Shown in pieces: positions 10,774 to 20,939 of a stretch of DNA of 64,000 bases. This stretch comes from Bryobacterales bacterium (lineage in GTDB: Bacteria > Acidobacteriota > Terriglobia > Bryobacterales > Bryobacteraceae), in assembly GCA_016716385.1 (NCBI GenBank), contig JADJWL010000006.1:16399-80398 (forward strand), given 5' to 3'. Within the stretch, counting starts at the first letter, position 1. Each line of letters begins with the position of its first letter. Made by a program: the position numbers and the translations under genes. A model generated the notes under the pieces. It was not told the origin of the DNA. It made no database searches and worked only from the letters and a program-made list of their open reading frames with translations.

Positions 10774-11790
10774 ATGCTCCGCCGCCGGTTTCTCGCCGCT
10801 CTGGGCGCCGTGCCTTTGTCCATGACCGGTCAAACGCTTGTGAAACCGAAGGCGCTGCGCCCCGGCGATACCGTAGGGCTGGTCACACCGTCGACCTATG
10901 TCTCCGACCCGGACCTGATCGCTCTCGCCGAGCGCACCATCCGCTATTTCGGACTGACGCCGAAGTTCGCTCCGAACGTGCGCAAACGCGCGGGCTACCT
11001 CGGCGGCTCGGTCGACGAGCGCGTGGCGGATTTGCATGCGATGTTCGCCGATCCCGAGGTGCGGGCGGTGTTCGCCATCCGCGGCGGCTACGGATCGGCG
11101 CAACTGCTCGACCGCCTCGACTACGCGCTGATCCGCCGGAACCCGAAGATCTTCCTGGGCTATAGCGACATCACCGCGCTACACTTGGCGATCCGGCGCA
11201 ACACCGGTCTCGTGACGTTCCACGGACCCACGGCGCTGTCGCGCTTCACGGAATACACGCAGAAGCACTTTCGCGCGGCGCTGTTTGAAACAGAGCCTGT
11301 CGGCGCTCTCACCAACCCGCCGGACTCCGACCCGCTGCGTCCGGCGCATACCCTGCGCACGATTCGCGGCGGCGTTGCACGTGGACCTCTGACCGGCGGC
11401 AACCTGACGCTGATTTCGACGACGCTCGGCACGCCTTACGAAATCGAGACGCGCGGCCGCATCCTGTTCCTCGAAGACGTGGGCGAGCAGCCGTATAGCA
11501 TCGATCGCATGCTCACTCATCTGCGACTCGCGGGCAAGCTGCGCGAAGCCGCGGGAGTCATCTTCGGCGAATGCGCCGACTGCCGGCCGCGCGACTTCCA
11601 GCCGTCGTTCAACTCGACGTTCACCCTCGGAGAGATTCTCGACGAGATCCTCGGGCCGCTGGGAATTCCGGTGTTATCGGGACTCACGCTTGGTCACACG
11701 GCGGATCAGCTCACGCTGCCGCTTGGCGTCCAGGCGGAATTGGACGCGGACCGCGGCGAGTTGCGCCTCCTCGAAGCCGCGACCGTCTAG
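10774..11790 (+). CDS. LD-carboxypeptidase (peptidase S66, muramoyltetrapeptide carboxypeptidase-like), exported
   Basis: 'AIRGGYGSAQLLDRLDY' and nucleophile-Ser motif 'FLGYSDITALH', C-terminal 'GHT' His region, and an N-terminal signal-like segment. Confidence 0.85.
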   Translation: MLRRRFLAALGAVPLSMTGQTLVKPKALRPGDTVGLVTPSTYVSDPDLIALAERTIRYFGLTPKFAPNVRKRAGYLGGSVDERVADLHAMFADPEVRAVFAIRGGYGSAQLLDRLDYALIRRNPKIFLGYSDITALHLAIRRNTGLVTFHGPTALSRFTEYTQKHFRAALFETEPVGALTNPPDSDPLRPAHTLRTIRGGVARGPLTGGNLTLISTTLGTPYEIETRGRILFLEDVGEQPYSIDRMLTHLRLAGKLREAAGVIFGECADCRPRDFQPSFNSTFTLGEILDEILGPLGIPVLSGLTLGHTADQLTLPLGVQAELDADRGELRLLEAATV

Positions 11791-14700
11791 ACCGCCGCCG
11801 ACATCGTCGACAGGGGGGCGTCGAGTACCTCGCGCACCTTGGCTGCGAGACTCTCCTGCGAGAAGGGCTTCGGTAGAAAAGCGACGCCCTGGTCCAGCAC
11901 CAGGTGATGGCTGATCGCCGAGTCCGGGTACCCCGACATGTAGAGGACGCGCATGTGCCGGCGGAGGCCCTGGAGTTCAGCGGCCAGCGCCCGGCCGTTC
12001 GTATCCGGCATCACCACGTCCGTCAACAGAAGGTGAATCGGCCCCTCCTGGGTCTCCACGATCTCCAACGCCTCGCGGCGGCCGCCCGCGGTCAGTACCG
12101 TGTACCCGCGCTGTTCGAGCAACTCGCGCACCAGTGCGCGCAGACCGTCTTCGTCCTCCACCACGAGGATGCATTCCGAACCTCGGACGCTGTCCGGCGC
12201 CTTGGAATCCGTCAGGTGCTGCGCACCAGCGTCGACGGCGGGGAAGTAAATCTTGAATGTCGTGCCCAGGCCCGGTTCGCTGTACACCCAGATGTTGGCA
12301 TGGTTTTGCTTGACGATGCCATAGACCGTGGACAGGCCCAATCCCGTTCCTTTGCCGAGTTCCTTGGTCGTGAAGAACGGCTCGAAGACGCGGGACCGGG
12401 TCGCTGCGTCCATTCCGTGGCCGTTGTCGGTGACCGCCAAAAGCACGTGGGGTCCGGGCTGAGCGCCGACGTGCATTCGCGTATACGGCGCCCCCAGGGT
12501 TACATCTCCTGTTTCGATCACGATCCGCGCGCCGTGGGGAGGCACGGCGTCGCGCGCATTGACGACCAGGTTGAGCACAATCTGTTCCACCTGACCGGGA
12601 TCGATGTGGACCCTGCCCGCCAGAGGCTTCAGTTCGGTCACGAGATCGACATGCTCACCAATCAGGCGCCGCAGCATCTTCGTCATGTTGGTGACGACTT
12701 CGTTGATGTCGAGCACCCGCGGCTGGATCACCTGTCTCCGGCTGAACGCCAGCAGTTGCCGCGTCAGGGCCGAGGCCCGTTCGGCTGCCTGCACGATCTC
12801 CCGGCCGTGATCGAGAGCGCGGCTGCCCTCGGTCAACTGGCTCATGATGAGCTGCGCATAGCCTTTGATGACTGTCAGGAGGTTGTTGAAATCGTGGGCG
12901 ACGCCGCCGGCCAACTGGCCGACCGCTTCCATCTTCTGGGCCTGGCGTAGTTGATCCTCGAGGCGGCGCTGTTCGGTGATGTCGGTCACGGCGGCGACGG
13001 CACCGCACACCGTGCCGTCGGCTGCCCGCAACGGCGCCGACGAGATACTCAGCATCACGGGCGTCCCGGCGTTCGTGTGACCGAGCCTCTCGATTGCCAG
13101 CGATTCCCCGCGGCGGAGCGTCTCCAACATGCGCAGGTCCTCGGGCGCGCTCCCGGATCCACCGAACGGCAGCGGTCTGCCGCGGACTTCGTCCTCGGTC
13201 CAGCCGAACAGTTTTGTGGCGGCCGTCGTCCACATCGTGACGCACCCGGAAAGATCGAGACCGATGATGGCGACGGGAGAAGCTTCGATCAGGCTGCGCA
13301 ACGTTTCATTGACCGCCCAGAGCTGCTCTTCCGCATGTTTGCGCGCGGTGATATCGCGCAGGTTCACCAGGAAGCCACTAATGGGCGCGTCGGCGGTCAG
13401 ATCTCTCGCGATCGCCTCGAGGACCCGCACAGACCCATCTTTGTGGCGGAAGCGGAGCTCATGCGACCTTGAACTCTGGGGTCCCGGCATCAACGCCGCA
13501 CCCAGCGCCTGACGGTCCGCCGGATCAGCGATCTCCGCCCAGGACGAGCCGGTGACTTCCTCGGTCCGGTACCCCAGAATGCGGCTCAGCGATGGATTGG
13601 CGTAGCGGACGATGCCCGCGCCATCGAGAATGGTGACGATGTCGGACGCGTTTTCGATCAGCGAACGGAAGCGCTCGTCGCTGCGGCGCAAGGCTTCTTC
13701 GGCCCGTTTTCGTTCGCTCGTGTCCCGGACGACGGCGGTGAACAGATGCCGCCCGGCTTCGGTGAACTCTCCGAGCGACACCTCGACCGGCACTTCGTGC
13801 CCTTCCTTGTGCAGCGCCATCAGCTCGACGGGCGTGGCGGCGAGGTAGGTGCGTCCCGTATTCAGGTCAAACCGGGCGGAAGCCTGACTTACGCGCCGGG
13901 GATAAGAAGGCAGCAGGTTGGTGAGCGGCGACCCCAGCATTTCCTCGACGGAGTATCCGAAGATCTTTTCAGCGGCGTGGTTCACGAACAGGATTTCCAG
14001 GTCGTCATCCACCGTGATGATCGCATCCGTCGCAGTTTCCGCCACGATCCGGTAGCGCTCTTCGCTCTCGAGCAGCGCTTCCTGCGAGCGTTTGTGTTCG
14101 GTGAGATCGCGAATGATCCCCTGGAACCCGACCACGCTTCCGCCATCCATCACAAGCTGCACGTTCTGACCCAGCCACACGTACGACCCGTCGCCGGTCA
14201 GCGCGGGGAACTCGGCGTACGTGGTGTAGATGCGATGCAGGAACTGGCGCAGGTAGTGCCGCCGGACCATCGGGCGGAAGTCCGGACGGATAAGGTCGAG
14301 GTACGAGGTCCCGATCAACTCCGCCGGTTCGCGCTTGAGAACCAGGGATGCCGCCGGATTGAAAAACGTGAAGCGCCCGTAGATATCGGTCTTGCAGATG
14401 ATTTCGCTGGCGTGCTCCACCAGGTACCGGTAGCGGCTCTGGCTGTCCCGGAACGCCTCTTCGGCGCGCTTGCTGGCCGTGATGTCCATCAGCACGCCGC
14501 GCAGCCGGCGCCCGGGTCCATCGCCGGCGGTCCGTACGCTCGACCGCATCCAGACGACACGCCCGTCGGCGGTAATCAGGCGGAATTCGTAGCTGGAACG
14601 CTGCGCATGCGTGGGGTCGCAGAGGGCAAAACGCGAGGCGTCACGGTCCTCCGGATGAAGGTGCGCTTTGAAGAAGCCGTCTTCGCGCAACCACTCCGAT

Positions 14701-14849
14701 TCCGGGTATCCGAGGATCGCCTCAGCTCCGCTGCTCACCCAGAGGACCGGCTCGCCGGAAGGATCCGCTTCCCACACGATCACGCGCAGATCTTCAATGA
14801 ATTCAGCCAGCCGTCCTTCCGGAACACTCTGATCGGTGCGTGATGCCAT
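11787..14849 (-). CDS. hybrid sensor histidine kinase with about five PAS domains, HisKA, HATPase_c and a C-terminal receiver
   Basis: Repeated PAS cores (e.g. '[18 protein letters not shown]', '[18 protein letters not shown]', '[16 protein letters not shown]'). H-box '[11 protein letters not shown]', G-boxes 'DNGHGMD' and '[11 protein letters not shown]', receiver 'ILVVEDEDG...LLLTDVVMP'. Confidence 0.9.
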   Translation of the reverse strand: MASRTDQSVPEGRLAEFIEDLRVIVWEADPSGEPVLWVSSGAEAILGYPESEWLREDGFFKAHLHPEDRDASRFALCDPTHAQRSSYEFRLITADGRVVWMRSSVRTAGDGPGRRLRGVLMDITASKRAEEAFRDSQSRYRYLVEHASEIICKTDIYGRFTFFNPAASLVLKREPAELIGTSYLDLIRPDFRPMVRRHYLRQFLHRIYTTYAEFPALTGDGSYVWLGQNVQLVMDGGSVVGFQGIIRDLTEHKRSQEALLESEERYRIVAETATDAIITVDDDLEILFVNHAAEKIFGYSVEEMLGSPLTNLLPSYPRRVSQASARFDLNTGRTYLAATPVELMALHKEGHEVPVEVSLGEFTEAGRHLFTAVVRDTSERKRAEEALRRSDERFRSLIENASDIVTILDGAGIVRYANPSLSRILGYRTEEVTGSSWAEIADPADRQALGAALMPGPQSSRSHELRFRHKDGSVRVLEAIARDLTADAPISGFLVNLRDITARKHAEEQLWAVNETLRSLIEASPVAIIGLDLSGCVTMWTTAATKLFGWTEDEVRGRPLPFGGSGSAPEDLRMLETLRRGESLAIERLGHTNAGTPVMLSISSAPLRAADGTVCGAVAAVTDITEQRRLEDQLRQAQKMEAVGQLAGGVAHDFNNLLTVIKGYAQLIMSQLTEGSRALDHGREIVQAAERASALTRQLLAFSRRQVIQPRVLDINEVVTNMTKMLRRLIGEHVDLVTELKPLAGRVHIDPGQVEQIVLNLVVNARDAVPPHGARIVIETGDVTLGAPYTRMHVGAQPGPHVLLAVTDNGHGMDAATRSRVFEPFFTTKELGKGTGLGLSTVYGIVKQNHANIWVYSEPGLGTTFKIYFPAVDAGAQHLTDSKAPDSVRGSECILVVEDEDGLRALVRELLEQRGYTVLTAGGRREALEIVETQEGPIHLLLTDVVMPDTNGRALAAELQGLRRHMRVLYMSGYPDSAISHHLVLDQGVAFLPKPFSQESLAAKVREVLDAPLSTMSAAV

Positions 14850-14861
14850 CCGAAACCCAGT

Positions 14862-16250
14862 CTACTCGAACGGAGGGATTCGAGGCAGGCCCTGGCGAAT
14901 TCGATCTGCATACTGCCGGGCCTGCCGCAGGATCGCGGCGGCGTCGAGCGTCAGCGCGCGCCGGTCGCGCACGATCCAGCGGCCATGAATGACAACATCG
15001 TTCACGTCCGAGCCCTTCAGTGCATAGACGATCTGCGAGTGGATGTCGTACAGCGGGACAGCGTGCGCGGCGTCGAGGCGGACTGCGATGAAGTCGGCGA
15101 GTTTGCCTTGAGCGAGTGAACCGATGCCATGGTCCATGCCAAGCGCGCGGGCTCCGCCGAGCGTCGCCATCTCCAGGATCACCTTCGCGGGCAGCACCTC
15201 CGGGTCGAGCCGCGTCACCTTTTGCAACTTGGCGGCCAGATCCATTTCTTCGAACATGTTGAAGTCGTTGTTGCTGCCGGCCGGCCCATCGGTTCCCAGG
15301 CCGACCGCGATGCCCGCCGCCAGCAGCTTCGGCACCGGCGCCACGCCGCTCGCCAGCTTCATGTTGCTCGACGGGCAATGCGCCACCCCAACATTGCGTC
15401 TGGCGAGCACCGCAATATCGGCGTCATCCAGCCAGACACCGTGCGCTGCCAGGGTGCGGCCCGCAAGAAGGCCGAGCGACTCCAGCACGCGTACGGGGCT
15501 CTTGCCGTGGGCCGCGCGGCTGTCTTCATTCTCCTGCGCGGTTTCGGACAGGTGGATCAGCAACGGTGCGTCGAACTCGTCGGCCAGCGCGCGCGCCGCG
15601 CGGAGGTCCGCGGCGGAGTTCGTGTAGAGCGCGTGCGGCGCCACGGCGGGCACGATCAGCGGATCGTTCCGGTAGCGGTCGAGGAACCGGCGGGCTCGGG
15701 CGAGTGCATCGGCCGGAGTTTTTGCGTCGGCGACGGGAAACCGGATCACGGTTTGTCCCAGGACGCCGCGCATTCCGGCGCCCTTGACCGCTTCGGCCAC
15801 CTGTTCCTCGAAGTAGTACATGTCGGCGAACGTGGTCGTGCCGGAGAGCAGCATCTCCAGGCAGGCGAGGCGCGTGCCCCACAGGACGAAATCCGGCGAC
15901 ACATGGCGCGATTCGGTCGGGAAGATGTAGTTCTCGAGCCAGTCCTGGAGGCGCCTGTCATCGGCGATGCCGCGCAGCAGGGACATCGCGGCGTGCGTAT
16001 GGGTGTTGATGAGCCCGGGCAGGATCGCGGCGTCCGGACGCCGCACACGCAGGCGGGGGCGAAAGCGCGCCTCCACCTCCGTGCGAGGTCCCACAGCGAC
16101 GATGCGTTCTCCGCGAACCGCCACCGCACCGTCCTCGATCACGCGGCCGCCGTCCATCGTCACGACGTAGCGCGCGGTCCAGAGAGCGTCGGCGGGTTCG
16201 GCCGCGATCGCGCTCCAGCCGAGCAGCAGCAGGCTACAGCAAATGCGCAT
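14862..16250 (-). CDS. amidohydrolase, MtaD/TRZ-ATZ-type nucleoside (MTA/SAH/adenosine-like) deaminase, with hydrophobic N-terminal signal-like segment
   Basis: 'LINTHTHAAMSLLRGIADD', 'HLSET..E', 'AHGVWLDD' and 'LGTDG' metal-ligand motifs of the amidohydrolase superfamily. Confidence 0.85.
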   Translation of the reverse strand: MRICCSLLLLGWSAIAAEPADALWTARYVVTMDGGRVIEDGAVAVRGERIVAVGPRTEVEARFRPRLRVRRPDAAILPGLINTHTHAAMSLLRGIADDRRLQDWLENYIFPTESRHVSPDFVLWGTRLACLEMLLSGTTTFADMYYFEEQVAEAVKGAGMRGVLGQTVIRFPVADAKTPADALARARRFLDRYRNDPLIVPAVAPHALYTNSAADLRAARALADEFDAPLLIHLSETAQENEDSRAAHGKSPVRVLESLGLLAGRTLAAHGVWLDDADIAVLARRNVGVAHCPSSNMKLASGVAPVPKLLAAGIAVGLGTDGPAGSNNDFNMFEEMDLAAKLQKVTRLDPEVLPAKVILEMATLGGARALGMDHGIGSLAQGKLADFIAVRLDAAHAVPLYDIHSQIVYALKGSDVNDVVIHGRWIVRDRRALTLDAAAILRQARQYADRIRQGLPRIPPFE

Positions 16251-16620
16251 CGAACGGCCTCGGCAGGAGTTGACCCAGGCGGAGCGTTTCCGACGCGCCC
16301 TCCAGGTTGGCCAGGACGATCTCCACGTCCCCGCAGAACTCCCACAGGATCTGGCGGCAGGCGCCGCACGGCGGAGTCAGCACAACAGTATCGGCGGCCA
16401 CCGCCACGCGCCGGAAGCGCCGCGATCCCTCCGACATCGCCTTCCACACGGCGACCCGTTCGGCGCACACCGTCAGCCCGTAGGACGCGTTCTCGATGTT
16501 GCAGCCGGCAAAAATCCGGCCCGTTTCATCTTCGACGGCCGCGCCCACGGCGAACCTTGAGTAGGGGGCGTGCGCGTTGGTCCTCGCCGACAGAGCGGCG
16601 GCAACCAGAGGATCGTTCAT
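16234..16620 (-). CDS. cdd: cytidine deaminase
   Basis: Zinc motifs 'CAERVA' and 'PCGACRQ' in a 128-aa homotetrameric-type Cdd. Its start overlaps the punA stop (ATGA). Confidence 0.9.
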   Translation of the reverse strand: MNDPLVAAALSARTNAHAPYSRFAVGAAVEDETGRIFAGCNIENASYGLTVCAERVAVWKAMSEGSRRFRRVAVAADTVVLTPPCGACRQILWEFCGDVEIVLANLEGASETLRLGQLLPRPFDAHLL

Positions 16621-17432
16621 GACGCCTCAAGCTTTGGGAGTACTGACCGCAGCAGACGCACCAGCGTCTCCCGCACCCGTTCTCCGGTTTCGAGGACTTC
16701 CGAGTGATCGATTGGACCCGGCAGAATGCCGGCGGCCATGTTCGTCACGCAGGAGATCGCCAGCACCCGCAGCCCCATGTGGCGCGCCACCAGGACCTCC
16801 GGCACCGTCGACATGCCGACCAGGTCGGCGCCGATGGTCCGCAGGTAGCGGATCTCGGCGGGTGTCTCGTAGTTCGGCCCGAGCAGCGCCGCGTAGACAC
16901 CTTCGGGCAGATCGATTCCCATCTCCGCCGCGGCGTCGCGAGCGATCCTGCGACAGTCCGCGGAGTAGGCCTCGCTCATATCGGGAAATCTCGGTCCCAG
17001 CGCGTCGTCATTCGGACCAGCCAGCGGATTGGTTCCCTGCAAGTTGATGTGATCGGAAATCAGGACGAGCCGCCCTTGCGAATACGAAGGGTTGATACCC
17101 CCGGCGGCGTTCGTCAGCACGACGGCGCGCAGGCCCAGCGCCGCCGCCACCCGGATACCGAACGTCACCTGTTGCGGCGAGTATCCCTCGTAGAGGTGCG
17201 CGCGCCCGGCCATCACCAGGACCTCGGTTCCGTCCACCCGCCCGGCGGTCAGTTTGCCCGCGTGTCCGGCGGCGGTCGGGACCGGCCAGCCCGGGATCTG
17301 GCGGTATGGCACCTCCGCGCGGTCTTCGAGCGTGTCCGCGAACGCGCCGAGACCGCTGCCGAGCACCACGGCAATGCCGGGGCGCCGCGCCCCGAAACGT
17401 TCTTTGAGAACCGCGACCGCCGCATCCGTCAC
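16617..17432 (-). CDS. punA: purine nucleoside phosphorylase (trimeric PunA/PNP type)
   Basis: 'VVLGSGLG', 'GRAHLYEGY' and 'VLTNAAGGIN', with 'GPRFPDMS' typical of PNP-I. Start set at GTG 17432, which overlaps the nupC stop as GTGA; the longer ORF to 17744 runs inside nupC. Confidence 0.85.
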   Translation of the reverse strand: MTDAAVAVLKERFGARRPGIAVVLGSGLGAFADTLEDRAEVPYRQIPGWPVPTAAGHAGKLTAGRVDGTEVLVMAGRAHLYEGYSPQQVTFGIRVAAALGLRAVVLTNAAGGINPSYSQGRLVLISDHINLQGTNPLAGPNDDALGPRFPDMSEAYSADCRRIARDAAAEMGIDLPEGVYAALLGPNYETPAEIRYLRTIGADLVGMSTVPEVLVARHMGLRVLAISCVTNMAAGILPGPIDHSEVLETGERVRETLVRLLRSVLPKLEAS

Positions 17433-18652
17433 AACAGAATTCCCACAATACACGCTGACATAAAATTTGCCATCGATCCGGCGGCGACCGCCTTCAGGCC
17501 GAGCCGTGCCAGATCGCTCTTGCGGTTCGGCGCCAGTGCGCCGATGCCGCCGATCTGAATCGCGATGGAACTGAAGTTGGCGAAACCGCAGAGGGCGAAC
17601 GTAGCGATGGTGAATGACTTCGGATCGAGTTGTTCCTTGAGCGGCGCCAGTTGCAGGAACGCCACGAACTCGTTCAGCACCAGGCGCGTCCCCAACAGGT
17701 TGCCGATCGCCGTGGAATCCGCCCAGCTCACACCCATCAGCCACGCCACGGGCGCAAACAGAATCCCGAACGTCTGCTGCAGCGTCTCCGGAAACCAGCC
17801 GAAGCCGGGAAGTCCGTGGACCCAGCCGAAGATGCCGTTGGTCATCGCGATCAGCGCGAGGAACGCGATCAGCATGGCGCCAATGTTCAGCGCCAGGTGC
17901 AGTCCTTCGCCCGCGCCATGTGCCGCTGCGTCGATCACGTTGACAGCGGTCTTCTCGACCCGCACTTCCACGCGTCCGGCCGTTTCCGGCGTGTCCACTT
18001 CGGGCATCATGATCTTGGCCAGCATGATCGTCGCCGGCGCTGTCATGATCACGGCGGTAAGCAAGTGCACGATGTCGACCCCCGCGATCTTAACGTAAGC
18101 CGCCATCACGGCGCCCGACACGTGTGCCATGCCGCTCACCATGATCGTGAAGAGTTCGGACTGCGTGAGGCGCGGCAGAAACGGGCGGATCGTGAGAGGC
18201 GCTTCGGTCTGCCCCATGAAGATGCTGGCGGCGACATTCAGCGATTCGGCGCCGCTCGCGCCCATCACCCTCTGCATCCCGATCGCCATCCCCCGGACGA
18301 TCCACTGCATCACGCCGAGGTAGTACAGGATCGAGAAGAACGAAGCGATGAAGATGACGATCGGCAGCACCTGAAACGCGAAAACGACGCCATAGGGGCC
18401 GGACTGCGCACCGAGTGGACCGAACAGGAACTCGCTGCCCACCTCGGCGTAACCAAGCAGGGCATTCACGCCTTGGCCGACGGTCTGAAACACACGGCCG
18501 AAACCGGTCTTGAGCACCAGGAGCGCGCAGGCCAGTTGCAAGCCAAGGCCCCAGTAGACGACGCGTGGACGGATCGCGCGGCGGTTCGTGGAGGAGATCC
18601 AGGCGATGGTGAGAATCGCCGCCAGTCCCAGCAGGCCCGCGAACCGGTCCAT
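17429..18652 (-). CDS. nupC: NupC/CNT-family concentrative nucleoside transporter
   Basis: 407-aa polytopic protein with 'FAFQVLPIVIFI', 'IFMGQTEAPL' and 'GFANFSSI', characteristic of NupC. Confidence 0.9.
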   Translation of the reverse strand: MDRFAGLLGLAAILTIAWISSTNRRAIRPRVVYWGLGLQLACALLVLKTGFGRVFQTVGQGVNALLGYAEVGSEFLFGPLGAQSGPYGVVFAFQVLPIVIFIASFFSILYYLGVMQWIVRGMAIGMQRVMGASGAESLNVAASIFMGQTEAPLTIRPFLPRLTQSELFTIMVSGMAHVSGAVMAAYVKIAGVDIVHLLTAVIMTAPATIMLAKIMMPEVDTPETAGRVEVRVEKTAVNVIDAAAHGAGEGLHLALNIGAMLIAFLALIAMTNGIFGWVHGLPGFGWFPETLQQTFGILFAPVAWLMGVSWADSTAIGNLLGTRLVLNEFVAFLQLAPLKEQLDPKSFTIATFALCGFANFSSIAIQIGGIGALAPNRKSDLARLGLKAVAAGSMANFMSACIVGILL

Positions 18653-18662
18653 CGCCCGCCTG

Positions 18663-19967
18663 TCAGCTCACGACTTCGAGAATCGTCTCGCGAACGTCGG
18701 GCGGCTGGCCGGAGATGCGGAACGCATCTTCCACCAGGTCCGCCGCCTCTTCGACATGGTCTTCCGCCGTGTAGTAGATGCGGCACAGCACCGACCCGCT
18801 GTCCACGCGGTCGCCCACCTTCACTTCGAGGATCAGGCCGACCGCGGGATCCACCGCCACGGCGGCGTCGCCCCTGCCACCGCCGATCATCAGCGCCGCG
18901 CGCCCGATGTCCTGGGCATTGATCGCGCTCACGTACCCGGTTCGGGGCGCGACGATCTCGCGCATTCCGGTGGCATTGGGCAGCAACTCGAAGCGGTCGA
19001 GGGCGCGCGGGTCACCGCCCTGCGCCTGCACCACTTCCTTGAACTTGATGAACCCGAGTCCGCGGACGAGGTTATCCTGCGCCATCTCCCGGGCTTCGTC
19101 GATGGTCGCCGCCTTCTTGCCGAGGTGGATCATGCGCGCGGCGAGTTCGAGCGACAGGCGTGTCAGGTCGCCCGGTCCGGCATTCTGGAGCGTCTGGGAG
19201 ACTTCCATGATCTCCAGCGCATTGCCGACGGCGAACCCCAGCGGTTGCTCCATGTCGGTGATCAGCGCCAGCACACGCTTGTCCATTCGGCGGCCGATAC
19301 CGACCATCGCCTGCGCGAGGCGCCGGGCTTCGACCTGTTTCTTCATGAACGCGCCCGCGCCGACCTTCACGTCCAGCACGATCGCGTCGAGCCCCGCGGC
19401 GAGCTTCTTCGACATGATCGACGACGCGATGAGCGGAATCGATTCCACCGTCGCGGTCAGATCGCGCAGGGTATAGAGCTTGCCGTCGGCCGGCGCGATC
19501 TCTTCGTTCTGGCCGACGAAGGCAAGGCCGTACTGGCTGAGCACCCCGCGAAACTCGTCGACCGTGAGATCGGTGCGGAAACCCGGGATCGCCTCAAGCT
19601 TATCCAGCGTGCCGCCGGTGTGACCCAGCGCGCGGCCGGAAATCATCGGCACGATGACGCCGGAAGCAGCCGCCAGGGGCGCCGCGATCAGGCTCGTCTT
19701 ATCGCCGACGCCGCCGGTCGAATGCTTATCCACCTTCACGCCGGGCACCGGAGACAGGTCGATCACACCTCCGGACCCAAGCATGGACTCAGTGAGCGCA
19801 CTCACCTCGCGGTCCGTCATCCCCTGGAAGTAGACCGCCATCAGGAAGGCGGACATCTGGTAGTCCGGGATCTCAGCCCGGACATAGCCCTCAACCAGAA
19901 AAGAGACTTCTTCGCGCGAGAGTTCTTCACCGTCGCGCTTGCGCTGGATTAGGTCGACAGTTCGCAT
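18663..19967 (-). CDS. pdp: pyrimidine-nucleoside (thymidine) phosphorylase
   Basis: 'LIQRKRDGEELS', 'DYQMSAFLMAVYFQGM', 'DKHSTGGVGDKTSL' and 'SGRALGHTGGTLDKLE'. Confidence 0.92.
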   Translation of the reverse strand: MRTVDLIQRKRDGEELSREEVSFLVEGYVRAEIPDYQMSAFLMAVYFQGMTDREVSALTESMLGSGGVIDLSPVPGVKVDKHSTGGVGDKTSLIAAPLAAASGVIVPMISGRALGHTGGTLDKLEAIPGFRTDLTVDEFRGVLSQYGLAFVGQNEEIAPADGKLYTLRDLTATVESIPLIASSIMSKKLAAGLDAIVLDVKVGAGAFMKKQVEARRLAQAMVGIGRRMDKRVLALITDMEQPLGFAVGNALEIMEVSQTLQNAGPGDLTRLSLELAARMIHLGKKAATIDEAREMAQDNLVRGLGFIKFKEVVQAQGGDPRALDRFELLPNATGMREIVAPRTGYVSAINAQDIGRAALMIGGGRGDAAVAVDPAVGLILEVKVGDRVDSGSVLCRIYYTAEDHVEEAADLVEDAFRISGQPPDVRETILEVVS

Positions 19968-20039
19968 GAAAATAAAACAGTTAGCGTAGCACCTGAAGGA
20001 CTGGAAAGTAAAGCAGCCGAGGGGTTTAAAATAGAGGGC

Positions 20040-20939
20040 ATGCCCCTGCTGGCCATCTTGCTTGGCCTTGCGCTGATGGTCCCGTGTTCCGCGGCGACGC
20101 CACAGGACGAGGCCCGGGCACGCGAAATTCTGCAGCGCGTGTCGGCCGAGGCTGACCGGTTTTGGCGGGCGGCGCGGGACGTTTTCGCCCGCGAAACGCT
20201 TGTGCAGCGCGCCCGCAAGCCGCCGCCGCGGTTCCGCCGCAGGGGTGCGGGCAACCAGACCGGCAACGATTCAGGCCAATACATTTCTCGCGAAATTGTT
20301 TCAGAGTACACGTTCGGCGTGCTCGCGGAATCGCCCGGCTCGCTGTACGAATTCCGTCAGGTTCTCGCTGTGGATGGCCGCCCGACCGTGTCGGCGGAGA
20401 CGGCCCGCCAGACTCTGGCGATCGGGATGCGCTCCGGCGATGACCGCGTGAAGCGGGCGATGCTCGACCGCTTCCGGCAGCAAGGCCTGCCCGGCGGCGC
20501 AACGGATTTTGGACAGATGATCCTGATGTTTACCGGCGCGCAGCTCGGGCGTCTCGAGTTCGCCATTGGAGAGGAGGCATGGGCCGGTCCGGACCGTGCG
20601 CTCGTCCTTGCGTACCGGGAGAAGCCGGGTCACGAGTCCTTCACGATCTTTCAGGGCCGGCATGCCATGCGCCAGCCGCTTCAGGGGACACTGTGGGTGC
20701 GCCGCCAGGACTCGGTGCCGCTCCGCATCACGATGATCTCGCGTCACCAGGAAGATGAGCGGCTGCGGGTCCACGAGGCAACCGTGGACTACGCTCCCTC
20801 GGCGTTTGGGCTCGTACTGCCGGTATCCGTGGTGCACCGCGACACGGCCGACGGGATCCTGCTGATGGAGAACCGGTTCGTTTACGAAGAGTACCGGAAG
20901 TTCACAGCCGATTCCGAGGTGAAGTTCGATGTCCAGTGA
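20040..20939 (+). CDS. hypothetical secreted protein
   Basis: Cleavable signal-like N-terminus 'MPLLAILLGLALMVPCSAA'. No recognisable motif. Its 3' end overlaps the mtaB start by 11 nt. Confidence 0.55.
   Translation: MPLLAILLGLALMVPCSAATPQDEARAREILQRVSAEADRFWRAARDVFARETLVQRARKPPPRFRRRGAGNQTGNDSGQYISREIVSEYTFGVLAESPGSLYEFRQVLAVDGRPTVSAETARQTLAIGMRSGDDRVKRAMLDRFRQQGLPGGATDFGQMILMFTGAQLGRLEFAIGEEAWAGPDRALVLAYREKPGHESFTIFQGRHAMRQPLQGTLWVRRQDSVPLRITMISRHQEDERLRVHEATVDYAPSAFGLVLPVSVVHRDTADGILLMENRFVYEEYRKFTADSEVKFDVQ

Noticed and set aside
17433-17744. N-terminal extension of the purine nucleoside phosphorylase ORF (375 aa version)
   Set aside because: The extension runs inside the nupC coding region. 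The conserved PNP fold begins right after GTG 17432, which forms a GTGA overlap with the nupC stop.
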